Assembly (NCBI GenBank): GCA_022616535.1
Contig: JAKEEM010000035.1
Coordinates: forward strand, 718-64,717
Direction: 5' to 3'
Origin: Chlorobiota bacterium
GTDB lineage: Bacteria > Bacteroidota > Ignavibacteria > Tepidaquicellales > OLB5
DNA: 64,000 bases
The notes beneath the pieces were generated by a model, which was given only the letters and a program-made list of their open reading frames with translations, made no database searches and was not told the DNA's origin. Below are positions 22,338 to 30,127 of the stretch, one piece after another (position 1 is the stretch's first letter; each line of letters opens with the position of its first letter). A program made the position numbers and the translations under genes.

Positions 22338-23082
22338 TAACTTAGTTAAAATATATCCAAACGACACCAGAGCGCTTGATGATGTGTCATTCAAAATCGA
22401 AGAAGGCGAAATCTGCGGCTATTTGGGACCTAACGGAGCGGGCAAAACCACAACAATAAAGATTTTGTCTGCAATGATAAGCCCAACCTCGGGAAGCGTG
22501 GTTATAAACGGCTACAATGTTTTTGAATACCCCAATAAAGTAAAAAAAATCATTGGCTATGTTCCTGAATCAGGGGCGCTGTTTCTTTCACTTACGCCTT
22601 ATGATTTTCTTGAGTTCGTGTGCAAAATGTATGATATGGATAAGAGAATTTATAACAAGAGGATTTTTAACTTTATGGAGCTGTTCGATTTGAAAAACGA
22701 AATCAGAACTCCGATGCACGCTTTTTCAAAAGGTATGAGGCAGAAGGTTCTTATTATTTCTTCTTTAATCCATGACCCCGATATAATACTTTGGGATGAG
22801 CCTTTGAGCGGGATAGATTATAATACGACCAATGTTATCAGAAACATCGTTAAGGAACTTTCCTCGGCAGGGAAGATTTTCTTTTATTCTACTCACGTTG
22901 TAGAAAGTGTCGATAAAATCTGCACACGGATTTTGGTTCTGAACTCCGGTAGAATTGCATTTGACGGTGAAATAGATAATCTTAACGGCAGAACTGTAGA
23001 AGAGATTATGAAAAAATACGCAGATTCCGGCGACATGCACGAAAAAATTTCGGGGCTTTATAAAAATATTTCCTCTTCATAA
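22324..23082 (+). CDS. ABC transporter ATP-binding protein (CcmA/NatA-like)
   Basis: GPNGAGKTT, FSKGMRQK, LWDEP, STH. Confidence 0.9.
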   Translation: MLSVNNLVKIYPNDTRALDDVSFKIEEGEICGYLGPNGAGKTTTIKILSAMISPTSGSVVINGYNVFEYPNKVKKIIGYVPESGALFLSLTPYDFLEFVCKMYDMDKRIYNKRIFNFMELFDLKNEIRTPMHAFSKGMRQKVLIISSLIHDPDIILWDEPLSGIDYNTTNVIRNIVKELSSAGKIFFYSTHVVESVDKICTRILVLNSGRIAFDGEIDNLNGRTVEEIMKKYADSGDMHEKISGLYKNISSS

Positions 23083-25014
23083 GTGAAATACTTTCCAATT
23101 CTGCTATTAGCCTCAATTTTTGCCCTCAACATTGTTGTTTATTCGCAAACTGATTTTACCGAAATACAGACCTTTATTGACTCCAATATTACCAGAAATT
23201 TTTTAAACACAAATTTTGATAATAGTCTGCTTTCTGCTAATTATATCTCACGTTTAAATTATTACAACAGATTTAAGAAAATTAATTTTTATTTTAAAAA
23301 TTATTATTCTTCTTCGGTTACAAAGCTTGCGCAAAATCTTTACAGGGATTTCGACAACGTTAAAGCAGGCTCAGGCTATAATGTGAGTGACAACTTAAAC
23401 ATATCAGTAAATTATCTGGGTCAGTTTTTTTCAGACGACAAAAGCTTTCAGCTTAAGGGAACGTCCTCTAATATGGGGTATTTAAACGCTTTGTATGACA
23501 GGACTATAGGCGGCTCGCAGATTTATTCATTTGTTAATGCGGGCTATAAGGCCGAAGAACAGATTGGGGAATTCAACAATGGACCGAGCATTTTGGGGGA
23601 GTTTAACATTTACGGATTAAATATTTCCGATTTTATTGTAGACGGTCAGCTTAAGCTCGGATATGAATCGCTTGACCCGAGGAAAAAAAGCCTTGCTTAC
23701 ACACGGCTTTATTTCGAAAGGTCGTTCGAAAATAACCTTGCCAGAAACGAGTTCGACGGGGTTTTTTCAAGGATAAGAAAAGATTTTTATTTTCCGGCGG
23801 ACAACAATTCCAAAGTTCAGTTCGGCATAAATAACAATATAGAAAAACGAGTTGAAAATATATTTAAATTCTTCGACAGGTTCGATTACTCGGTTTCAAA
23901 AAATATCGATTTCTATTTAACCTTAAATCCCTATTACAGGAAGGTTACAAAGGAAAATTTTTATATTCCCGTTGTTCCAACCCTTGCCCCGAGCATTTAT
24001 GATACCGATATTCAGGAGCTTACAGTAGCGGGAGATGTGGCATTAAACCTAAGCTTTGACAAGATAAACTACCAGATTAAAGCCGCTTATAAAGAACGGG
24101 ACGAAAAGCATTTTCTCTTAAACCCCGGCAGAGTAGCAAGCAACTTCGTTAATCGGATTCAGGACCAGGAAGCTACAAAGAATAACCATTCGTCAATATT
24201 TCAGCTTAACTCAAACCTGTATTATAATTTGAACCTGATGAACAGACTTGAGCTTTTTGCAAACGCTTCGATCCTTACATACGATACTCCCAGCAGGGAG
24301 AATTATGATGACAGGGACGAGCTTGGAATTATAATTTATCTTGCACACAGGTTTAATAATTTAAAAAATCTTATTTTAACAACTTCGGCTGATTTAAACC
24401 TTTATCATACAGTTTACATTTTTGCACAGAAAAGCTCCAATAACAATTGGAACAGGATTCTGCGTTTTACAAGCAGAAGCTATTTTACTCCGGCGGACTG
24501 GTTCAGAAACGTCGGTACATTCAGTGTTCTTGCCAACTACACCGTTTATGATTTCGAGGATATTGTTTCCTCGGTCCAAAGCTATTCGTTTCGCCAGCTT
24601 AATTTAAAGGATTCGGCGATAGTGAATTTTTCGAAGCATTTTGGCGTAGATATCTTCGGCGAGATTAAGCTCTACGAAAGGGGTGAGCTGAACTGGCGTG
24701 AGTTCTCGCAAAGACCAATTAACTATTTTGAGGATAAAATTATTAATTCTGAATTAAATTATTTTTTTAATAAATTTATAACTATCTCTGCAGGCTACAG
24801 GTTTTTTGAGCAAAGAAGATATAATTACATCGCAGGCGAGCGGGTTTTCGATACGTTTATTAGGACAACAGGACCCTTTGCAAGGCTAAGGGTTGAGTGG
24901 AAGCGCAATTCAAGAATTGAGGTTCTGGGTAGCTATGATTATTACCGCTACGGCGATGAAACGCCCTCAAGCCAAAACGAAAACGTTTACATAAATGCAG
25001 TATTTAACTTTTGA
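23083..25014 (+). CDS. Hypothetical outer-membrane beta-barrel-like protein
   Basis: Signal peptide, alternating aromatic beta-strand pattern, C-terminal YINAVFNF beta-signal. Confidence 0.6.
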   Translation: MKYFPILLLASIFALNIVVYSQTDFTEIQTFIDSNITRNFLNTNFDNSLLSANYISRLNYYNRFKKINFYFKNYYSSSVTKLAQNLYRDFDNVKAGSGYNVSDNLNISVNYLGQFFSDDKSFQLKGTSSNMGYLNALYDRTIGGSQIYSFVNAGYKAEEQIGEFNNGPSILGEFNIYGLNISDFIVDGQLKLGYESLDPRKKSLAYTRLYFERSFENNLARNEFDGVFSRIRKDFYFPADNNSKVQFGINNNIEKRVENIFKFFDRFDYSVSKNIDFYLTLNPYYRKVTKENFYIPVVPTLAPSIYDTDIQELTVAGDVALNLSFDKINYQIKAAYKERDEKHFLLNPGRVASNFVNRIQDQEATKNNHSSIFQLNSNLYYNLNLMNRLELFANASILTYDTPSRENYDDRDELGIIIYLAHRFNNLKNLILTTSADLNLYHTVYIFAQKSSNNNWNRILRFTSRSYFTPADWFRNVGTFSVLANYTVYDFEDIVSSVQSYSFRQLNLKDSAIVNFSKHFGVDIFGEIKLYERGELNWREFSQRPINYFEDKIINSELNYFFNKFITISAGYRFFEQRRYNYIAGERVFDTFIRTTGPFARLRVEWKRNSRIEVLGSYDYYRYGDETPSSQNENVYINAVFNF

Positions 25015-25421
25015 TGAAAAAAAAAGCAATTGAAATCAGCTCAAGCCGCAGCGAGATAAAAAAAGTCGAGGAATTGTTTCTTGATGTTAATGAAGAATTT
25101 AAGCTTCCCGATGAGGATTACCGGCGATTAATGATTGCCGTTACCGAGATTTTAATGAACGCAATAGTTCACGGCAACAAGGAAAACTATACGAAGAAGG
25201 TTCTTATAAGCGTTGAATACAATAATGAAAAAATGAAAGTCGTTATTAATGACGAAGGAAAAGGATTTGAAATCGAGTCACTGCCTGACCCTACGCTGAA
25301 GGAAAACCTTATGGAAGTTCACGGCAGGGGAATATTTATAGCTAAATCGATGGTGGATGAGTTTGAATACAGGCTAAGTGATAATGGCTCTGAATTTATT
25401 TTGGTTGTAAAGAAAAAGTAA
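25014..25421 (+). CDS. Anti-sigma factor / Ser-Thr kinase (RsbW-like HATPase)
   Basis: EILMNAIVHGN N-box, DEGKGF, HGRGIFI. Confidence 0.85.
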   Translation: MKKKAIEISSSRSEIKKVEELFLDVNEEFKLPDEDYRRLMIAVTEILMNAIVHGNKENYTKKVLISVEYNNEKMKVVINDEGKGFEIESLPDPTLKENLMEVHGRGIFIAKSMVDEFEYRLSDNGSEFILVVKKK

Positions 25422-25440
25422 TGCATAAAATTCTGAATCG

Positions 25441-26052
25441 TTGCCCTGGCGGCCGCGAAAGAATCTCATACAACACCGGCTCATAATTTTAAACTACAAT
25501 CTTGGCAATAAAATTTTAATTATCGGTCCGAACGGGAGCGGGAAAACCACATTTGGCAGAAAACTCTCTCAAACGCTTAACTTGCCTTTTTATGAACTGG
25601 ATTTTTATTCATGGCAGCCTGACTGGAAAGAGACCGATTACAGTGAATTCAGAAATATAACAGAGCAAATTACATCACAAAACAGGTGGATTGTTGACGG
25701 CAATTATGCACGTAACCAGGATATAACCATACCCCGGGCCGATACAATTATTTGGCTCGATGTTCCTCAACTTGTATCTGTTTATCGAACCCTCAAGCGT
25801 TCGGTTATTAGAGCAATTACAAAAGAACCACTTTGGCATAATAACAGTGAAAGCTTCAGAAGACTTTTCTCCAAAGATTCTGTAATGATTTTTGCACTCT
25901 ATTCATATAAAAGAAAGAAATCAAGATATGAGAAATTTATGAGGGTTAAATTTAAAGAGAAAAATTGGGTTAGAATCCGTAATAAACGTGATGAAAGAGA
26001 ATTTTGGAGATTCGTACATTCATCTGATTGCTTAAAACATCCGATTGAATAA
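25441..26052 (+). CDS. Adenylate kinase-like P-loop protein (topology modulation protein/FlaR family); start uncertain
   Basis: IIGPNGSGKTT, WIVDGNY, ADTIIWLD. Confidence 0.8.
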   Translation: MPWRPRKNLIQHRLIILNYNLGNKILIIGPNGSGKTTFGRKLSQTLNLPFYELDFYSWQPDWKETDYSEFRNITEQITSQNRWIVDGNYARNQDITIPRADTIIWLDVPQLVSVYRTLKRSVIRAITKEPLWHNNSESFRRLFSKDSVMIFALYSYKRKKSRYEKFMRVKFKEKNWVRIRNKRDEREFWRFVHSSDCLKHPIE

Positions 26053-26119
26053 CCAGTGTGGTACCATATATGCCTGCTCGTTCCGCAGGCAGGCGGCCCC
26101 TGCATAATGCAATCCGAAA

Positions 26120-27052
26120 TCACAGCTCAAGCTTATCTAAAACATCCATAACTTCTTTTACAGATTTGGCTGATTCGTTCACAAGCTTCATTTCATCACC
26201 GGAAAGCTTTAGCTCAATAATTTTTTCGATACCTCCTTTGCCCAAAATAACCGGCACGCCAAGATAAATACTCTTTAAGCCGTATTCGCCCTCAAGCCAT
26301 GCGCAAACTGGAAAAACTCTCCTCTGGTCTTTTAATATAGCTTCGACCATTTGCGCTGCGGCTGAGCCGGGCGCATACCAGGCGGATGTTCCAAGCAGAT
26401 TTACAATCTCTCCGCCCCCTTTTTTGGTCCTGTCTATAATCGCGTCTAATTTTGCTTTATCGATTAATTCTGTAACCGGAATGCCGCCTATTGTAGTGTA
26501 TCTCGGCAGAGGAACCATTGTATCGCCATGACCGCCCAATAGGACTGCCTGTATATCTTTTGGCGAGACCCTCAGCTCATCGGCAAGAAAAGCTTTGTAT
26601 CTCCCCGTATCAAGTATTCCCGCCATACCGAACACTCTTTTGCTTGGGAATTTCGAATTGATGTATGCGCAGTAAGTCATTACATCAAGCGGGTTGGAAA
26701 CCACTATAAGAATTGTATTTGGCGAGTGCTTCACAACATTTTCAGTTACTGATTTTACAATTTTGGCGTTTGTTGAAATTAAATCGTCCCTGCTCATACC
26801 TGGTTTTCTCGGCAGACCCGAAGTTATAACAACAACTTCGGAATTTGCGGTTTTTGAATAATCATTAGTCGTTCCAACGAGACGTGTATCATACATATTT
26901 ATTGCAGAGGTTTCCCAAATATCAAGCGCTTTTCCTTCGGCAAAGTTTTCTTTAATATCCAATAAAACGACTTCATTTGCAAGCTCGTGGTGAGCTATTA
27001 CTTCAGCGCAAGTTGCGCCCACATTTCCCGCTCCGATTACCGATACTTTCAA
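26120..27052 (-). CDS. mdh: Malate dehydrogenase (LDH-like)
   Basis: GAGNVG, TSGLPRKPGMSRDDL, SNPLD, GGHGD; TTG start. Confidence 0.95.
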   Translation of the reverse strand: MKVSVIGAGNVGATCAEVIAHHELANEVVLLDIKENFAEGKALDIWETSAINMYDTRLVGTTNDYSKTANSEVVVITSGLPRKPGMSRDDLISTNAKIVKSVTENVVKHSPNTILIVVSNPLDVMTYCAYINSKFPSKRVFGMAGILDTGRYKAFLADELRVSPKDIQAVLLGGHGDTMVPLPRYTTIGGIPVTELIDKAKLDAIIDRTKKGGGEIVNLLGTSAWYAPGSAAAQMVEAILKDQRRVFPVCAWLEGEYGLKSIYLGVPVILGKGGIEKIIELKLSGDEMKLVNESAKSVKEVMDVLDKLEL

Positions 27053-27142
27053 TTTATATTTCCGTTAAGTTTTGGGGTCTATTAATTAAAAAGCAAAGAG
27101 TGAACCCATGTCCACTCCTATTTAACATCTTTTTTAAAAAAC

Positions 27143-27418
27143 TTACTTGGATTCAATTTTAGACTCTACGGGCAATACGCTGATTTTTTTCTTTGACCTG
27201 CTGTGATTGGTGAACTTAACTTTACCTTCAATCAAAGAAAAAAGCGTGTCGTCTTTTCCTTTGCCCACGTTAAGCCCGGGAAAGAACTTTGTTCCTCTCT
27301 GCCTCACAAGAATGCTTCCAGCCGTAACAAGCTCGCCCCCGAATCGTTTTACTCCAAGCCTCTGCGAATTTGAATCGCGCCCGTTTTTTGTGCTTCCTAA
27401 ACCTTTTTTATGTGCCAT
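27143..27418 (-). CDS. rpmA: 50S ribosomal protein L27
   Basis: [24 protein letters not shown]. Confidence 0.98.
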   Translation of the reverse strand: MAHKKGLGSTKNGRDSNSQRLGVKRFGGELVTAGSILVRQRGTKFFPGLNVGKGKDDTLFSLIEGKVKFTNHSRSKKKISVLPVESKIESK

Positions 27419-27451
27419 TGTAGATCAATTAAGAATTACGAATTAAAAATT

Positions 27452-27472
27452 ACCTGCCTGCTGCAGGCAGGC
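27452..27472 (+). repeat. Palindromic element ACCTGCCTGCTGCAGGCAGGC, copy 1
   Basis: Same 21-mer at 27822-27842 and, reverse-complemented, at 34620-34640. Confidence 0.9.
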
Positions 27473-27475
27473 GAA

Positions 27476-27784
27476 TTATTTTATTGAGTTAATTTCGATT
27501 TCCGTATACTGCTGGCGGTGGCCTTTGGTTCTTTTATAACCTTTCCTTTTTTTCTTCTTGAAAACAATAACCTTGTCATCCTTTACATGTCCAAGAACCG
27601 TTGCGTCAACTTTCATCGAAAGGTTCGGCTCACCGACTTTAAATGATTTGTCGTCTTTGCTGTACATTAATACATCGCCAAAGGTGACTTTTGCTCCGGC
27701 TTCTTCCTTAAGCTTCGGTACAAAAATCCTGTCGTTTTCCGAAACCCTATACTGCTTTCCTTTTATATTTACTATTGCAAACAT
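27476..27784 (-). CDS. rplU: 50S ribosomal protein L21
   Basis: MFAIVNIKGKQYRV, KGHRQQYT. Confidence 0.98.
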   Translation of the reverse strand: MFAIVNIKGKQYRVSENDRIFVPKLKEEAGAKVTFGDVLMYSKDDKSFKVGEPNLSMKVDATVLGHVKDDKVIVFKKKKRKGYKRTKGHRQQYTEIEINSIK

Positions 27785-27821
27785 TGTATTTAATGATTTT
27801 AAATTTCTATTTCACTATTCC

Positions 27822-27842
27822 ACCTGCCTGCTGCAGGCAGGC
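27822..27842 (+). repeat. Palindromic element ACCTGCCTGCTGCAGGCAGGC, copy 2
   Basis: Identical to copy 1. Confidence 0.9.
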
Positions 27843-27868
27843 CACTTCACTATTTTCGCTCTTTGGTG

Positions 27869-27941
27869 TGGAGCTAAGGAGGATCGAACTCCTGACCTTC
27901 TGAATGCCATTCAGACGCTCTCCCAGCTGAGCTATAGCCCC
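27869..27941 (-). tRNA. tRNA-Ala(GGC)
   Basis: Reverse complement GGGGCTATAGCTCAGCTGGGAGAGCG-TCTGA-ATGGCAT-TCAGA-AGGTCAGGAGTTCGATCCTCCTTAGCTCCA; G3:U70 pair; no encoded CCA. Confidence 0.96.
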
Positions 27942-28054
27942 CTTAAATTGGTAAAATCACTTTATGATTTTAAGGAACTACAAAATTAGCAATAAATTAG
28001 CCCAATTTCAAACCAAAATATTAACAAAATCAGTAAAATCATTCATTTTTGCAA

Positions 28055-28465
28055 TTAAAAATGCATGGGCAGATTTTGCTTTTGCCACTCCTCAATTCCC
28101 CCAGCAATATAATGAACATTTGGAAAATTCAGCTCTTTCATCAGCTCAAACGTATTTGCACTCCATTTATTGTTTTGTGAATATATTATATATGTCTTTT
28201 TTCTGTCCAGTTTCTCGATTTCATCGGGGAAAGTTGTCCGCTCGTAATCCATTAAAACTGCGCCTTGTATGTGAATTTTATCGTACTGGACCTTAGTTCT
28301 TACGTCAAGAAGGACGATATCTTCATCACCCTTGTGTTTTTTAAGGAAATTATATGCTTCTTCAACTGTGATTTTATCACCCGATAAGGAGGGGAAAAAA
28401 TATTCACATGAAGTAAAAATTACTGAAATTATTAATATAACAAAAATGCTTCTCAATATTTGCAT
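28055..28465 (-). CDS. Rhodanese-like domain lipoprotein
   Basis: Lipobox FTSC; LLDVRT, HIQGA, IAGGIEEW; active-site loop reads YSQNNKWS. Confidence 0.8.
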   Translation of the reverse strand: MQILRSIFVILIISVIFTSCEYFFPSLSGDKITVEEAYNFLKKHKGDEDIVLLDVRTKVQYDKIHIQGAVLMDYERTTFPDEIEKLDRKKTYIIYSQNNKWSANTFELMKELNFPNVHYIAGGIEEWQKQNLPMHF

Positions 28466-28769
28466 TTATTTAAACATACCGTTAAAATAGTATTTTTTTG
28501 ACTCATAAATCAATTTTGAAAAAAGTTTATTAAAATTCAACTTAAAAAGGCAAAAATGGCGGCTTAGAATTGTAACAAAAAATACTACACAACTATCATA
28601 CAATGTGCTATTTTTCAGTGAAGCGTTGAGTATTATTTTTGTTGCAGTAATTGGCCCTTATGTTTATCAGGATGTTAAACAGGATATGAATCAGGTAAGC
28701 CCCTTACGATTTTCAAAGCAAAACCCTTATGAAATGAGGTAACAACCCTTATAAGTTTTAAAGATTTTA

Positions 28770-28813
28770 AAAACCGGCTCAAAAGAGAAATCTAAAGGCC
28801 GGTTTTGCTTTTT
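28770..28813 (+). terminator. Putative intrinsic terminator
   Basis: AAAACCGGC...GCCGGTTTT stem followed by GCTTTTT. Confidence 0.55.
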
Positions 28814-28885
28814 CAATCCCCGGACTATCTAATCCCTCCTCTAAAATTCAATATTTTTTATAATGTTTTATGCATAATTTAGCTT

Positions 28886-30103
28886 ATGCTAATGAGAGCA
28901 GTTATATTACTTATTGTCCTTTTTACGGCATTTAGCTCGAGATTTGATTCCCACCAATCGGGAGAGTTTAAGCTCGGCAATGAAGTTTTGCTGGATAATA
29001 TTGAAATTTTGAAAAATAAAAATGTCGCTCTTCTTACAAACCAAACAGGAATACTTCCTTCCGGTACACACATTGTTGACGCGCTTATTGATAAGAAAAT
29101 AAATGTCGTTAAGATTTTCTCGCCTGAGCACGGCATAAGGGGCGATGAGAATTACTCAAACATTGACGAAAAAACCGAAATACCAATTGTTTCGCTTTAC
29201 GGCGGGAAAAATAAGCCGTCTAGCGGTGATTTGAAAAACGTCGATATTATCATTTACGATATTCAGGATGTAGGGGCAAGGTTTTACACATACACATCTA
29301 CACTTTACTACATGCTTGAATCAGCAATCCAAAACGGCAAGACTGTTATTGTCTGTGACCGACCAATTATTATCAATCCTGCTTACACAGACGGATTTAT
29401 GCTTGAGCCGGAGTTTGAATCGTTTGTAGGACTCGTCCCCGCACCCGTTTGCTACGGAATGACCTGCGGCGAGCTGGCCATTTATTTATGCAATTATGTT
29501 TTTAATAACACCGATTACTTGAAAGTCTACGAAATGCAGAATTATTCACGCTCAACCGATTACAATGCCCTAAATCTTCCGTGGGTTAAGCCCTCGCCCA
29601 ATATGCTGAGCCCCCAAACAGCAGTTTGCTACCCCGCAACCTGTTTTCTTGAAGGCACTAATGTATCCGAAGGCAGGGGAACGGCAAAGCCGTTTGAATA
29701 TTTCGGCGCGCCGTGGGTAAATTCCGAACTGCTTGCAAAAGCACTTAATTCATATAATCTAAGCGGAGTTGTATTTGAACCCGTAACATTTACTCCGAGC
29801 GAAAAAATATCCTCATACCCGCCAAAGTTTTTTAACAAGACTTGCTATGGGGTTTACATTAATGTAACCAATAAAAGCGCATTTGAGCCGGTCAAAGCAG
29901 GTACAGCGATTTTGATTGAGCTGCATAAAAACTTTCCGGAATTTAAGTTTAATAAGGCTCATTTTATCGATAAGCTTGCGGGCACTGACAAGCTGCGTAA
30001 ATCCGTTACCGAGGGCAAAAGCTTAAGTGAAATCAATTCGCTTTGGAAAAGCTCTTTAAATGAATTTAATTTAAAAAGAGAAAAAATTTTATTATACAGG
30101 TAG
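28886..30103 (+). CDS. Exo-beta-N-acetylmuramidase NamZ family (DUF1343)
   Basis: LLTNQTG, FSPEHGIRG, DIQDVGARFYTY, PSPNM, SEGRGT.PFE. Confidence 0.9.
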   Translation: MLMRAVILLIVLFTAFSSRFDSHQSGEFKLGNEVLLDNIEILKNKNVALLTNQTGILPSGTHIVDALIDKKINVVKIFSPEHGIRGDENYSNIDEKTEIPIVSLYGGKNKPSSGDLKNVDIIIYDIQDVGARFYTYTSTLYYMLESAIQNGKTVIVCDRPIIINPAYTDGFMLEPEFESFVGLVPAPVCYGMTCGELAIYLCNYVFNNTDYLKVYEMQNYSRSTDYNALNLPWVKPSPNMLSPQTAVCYPATCFLEGTNVSEGRGTAKPFEYFGAPWVNSELLAKALNSYNLSGVVFEPVTFTPSEKISSYPPKFFNKTCYGVYINVTNKSAFEPVKAGTAILIELHKNFPEFKFNKAHFIDKLAGTDKLRKSVTEGKSLSEINSLWKSSLNEFNLKREKILLYR

Positions 30104-30127
30104 TTTATACAGTTAGCCGAAAAAACT

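Noticed and set aside
27869-27941. tRNA-anchored genomic island
   Set aside because: The flanks are housekeeping genes, with no integrase or duplicated tRNA 3' end.
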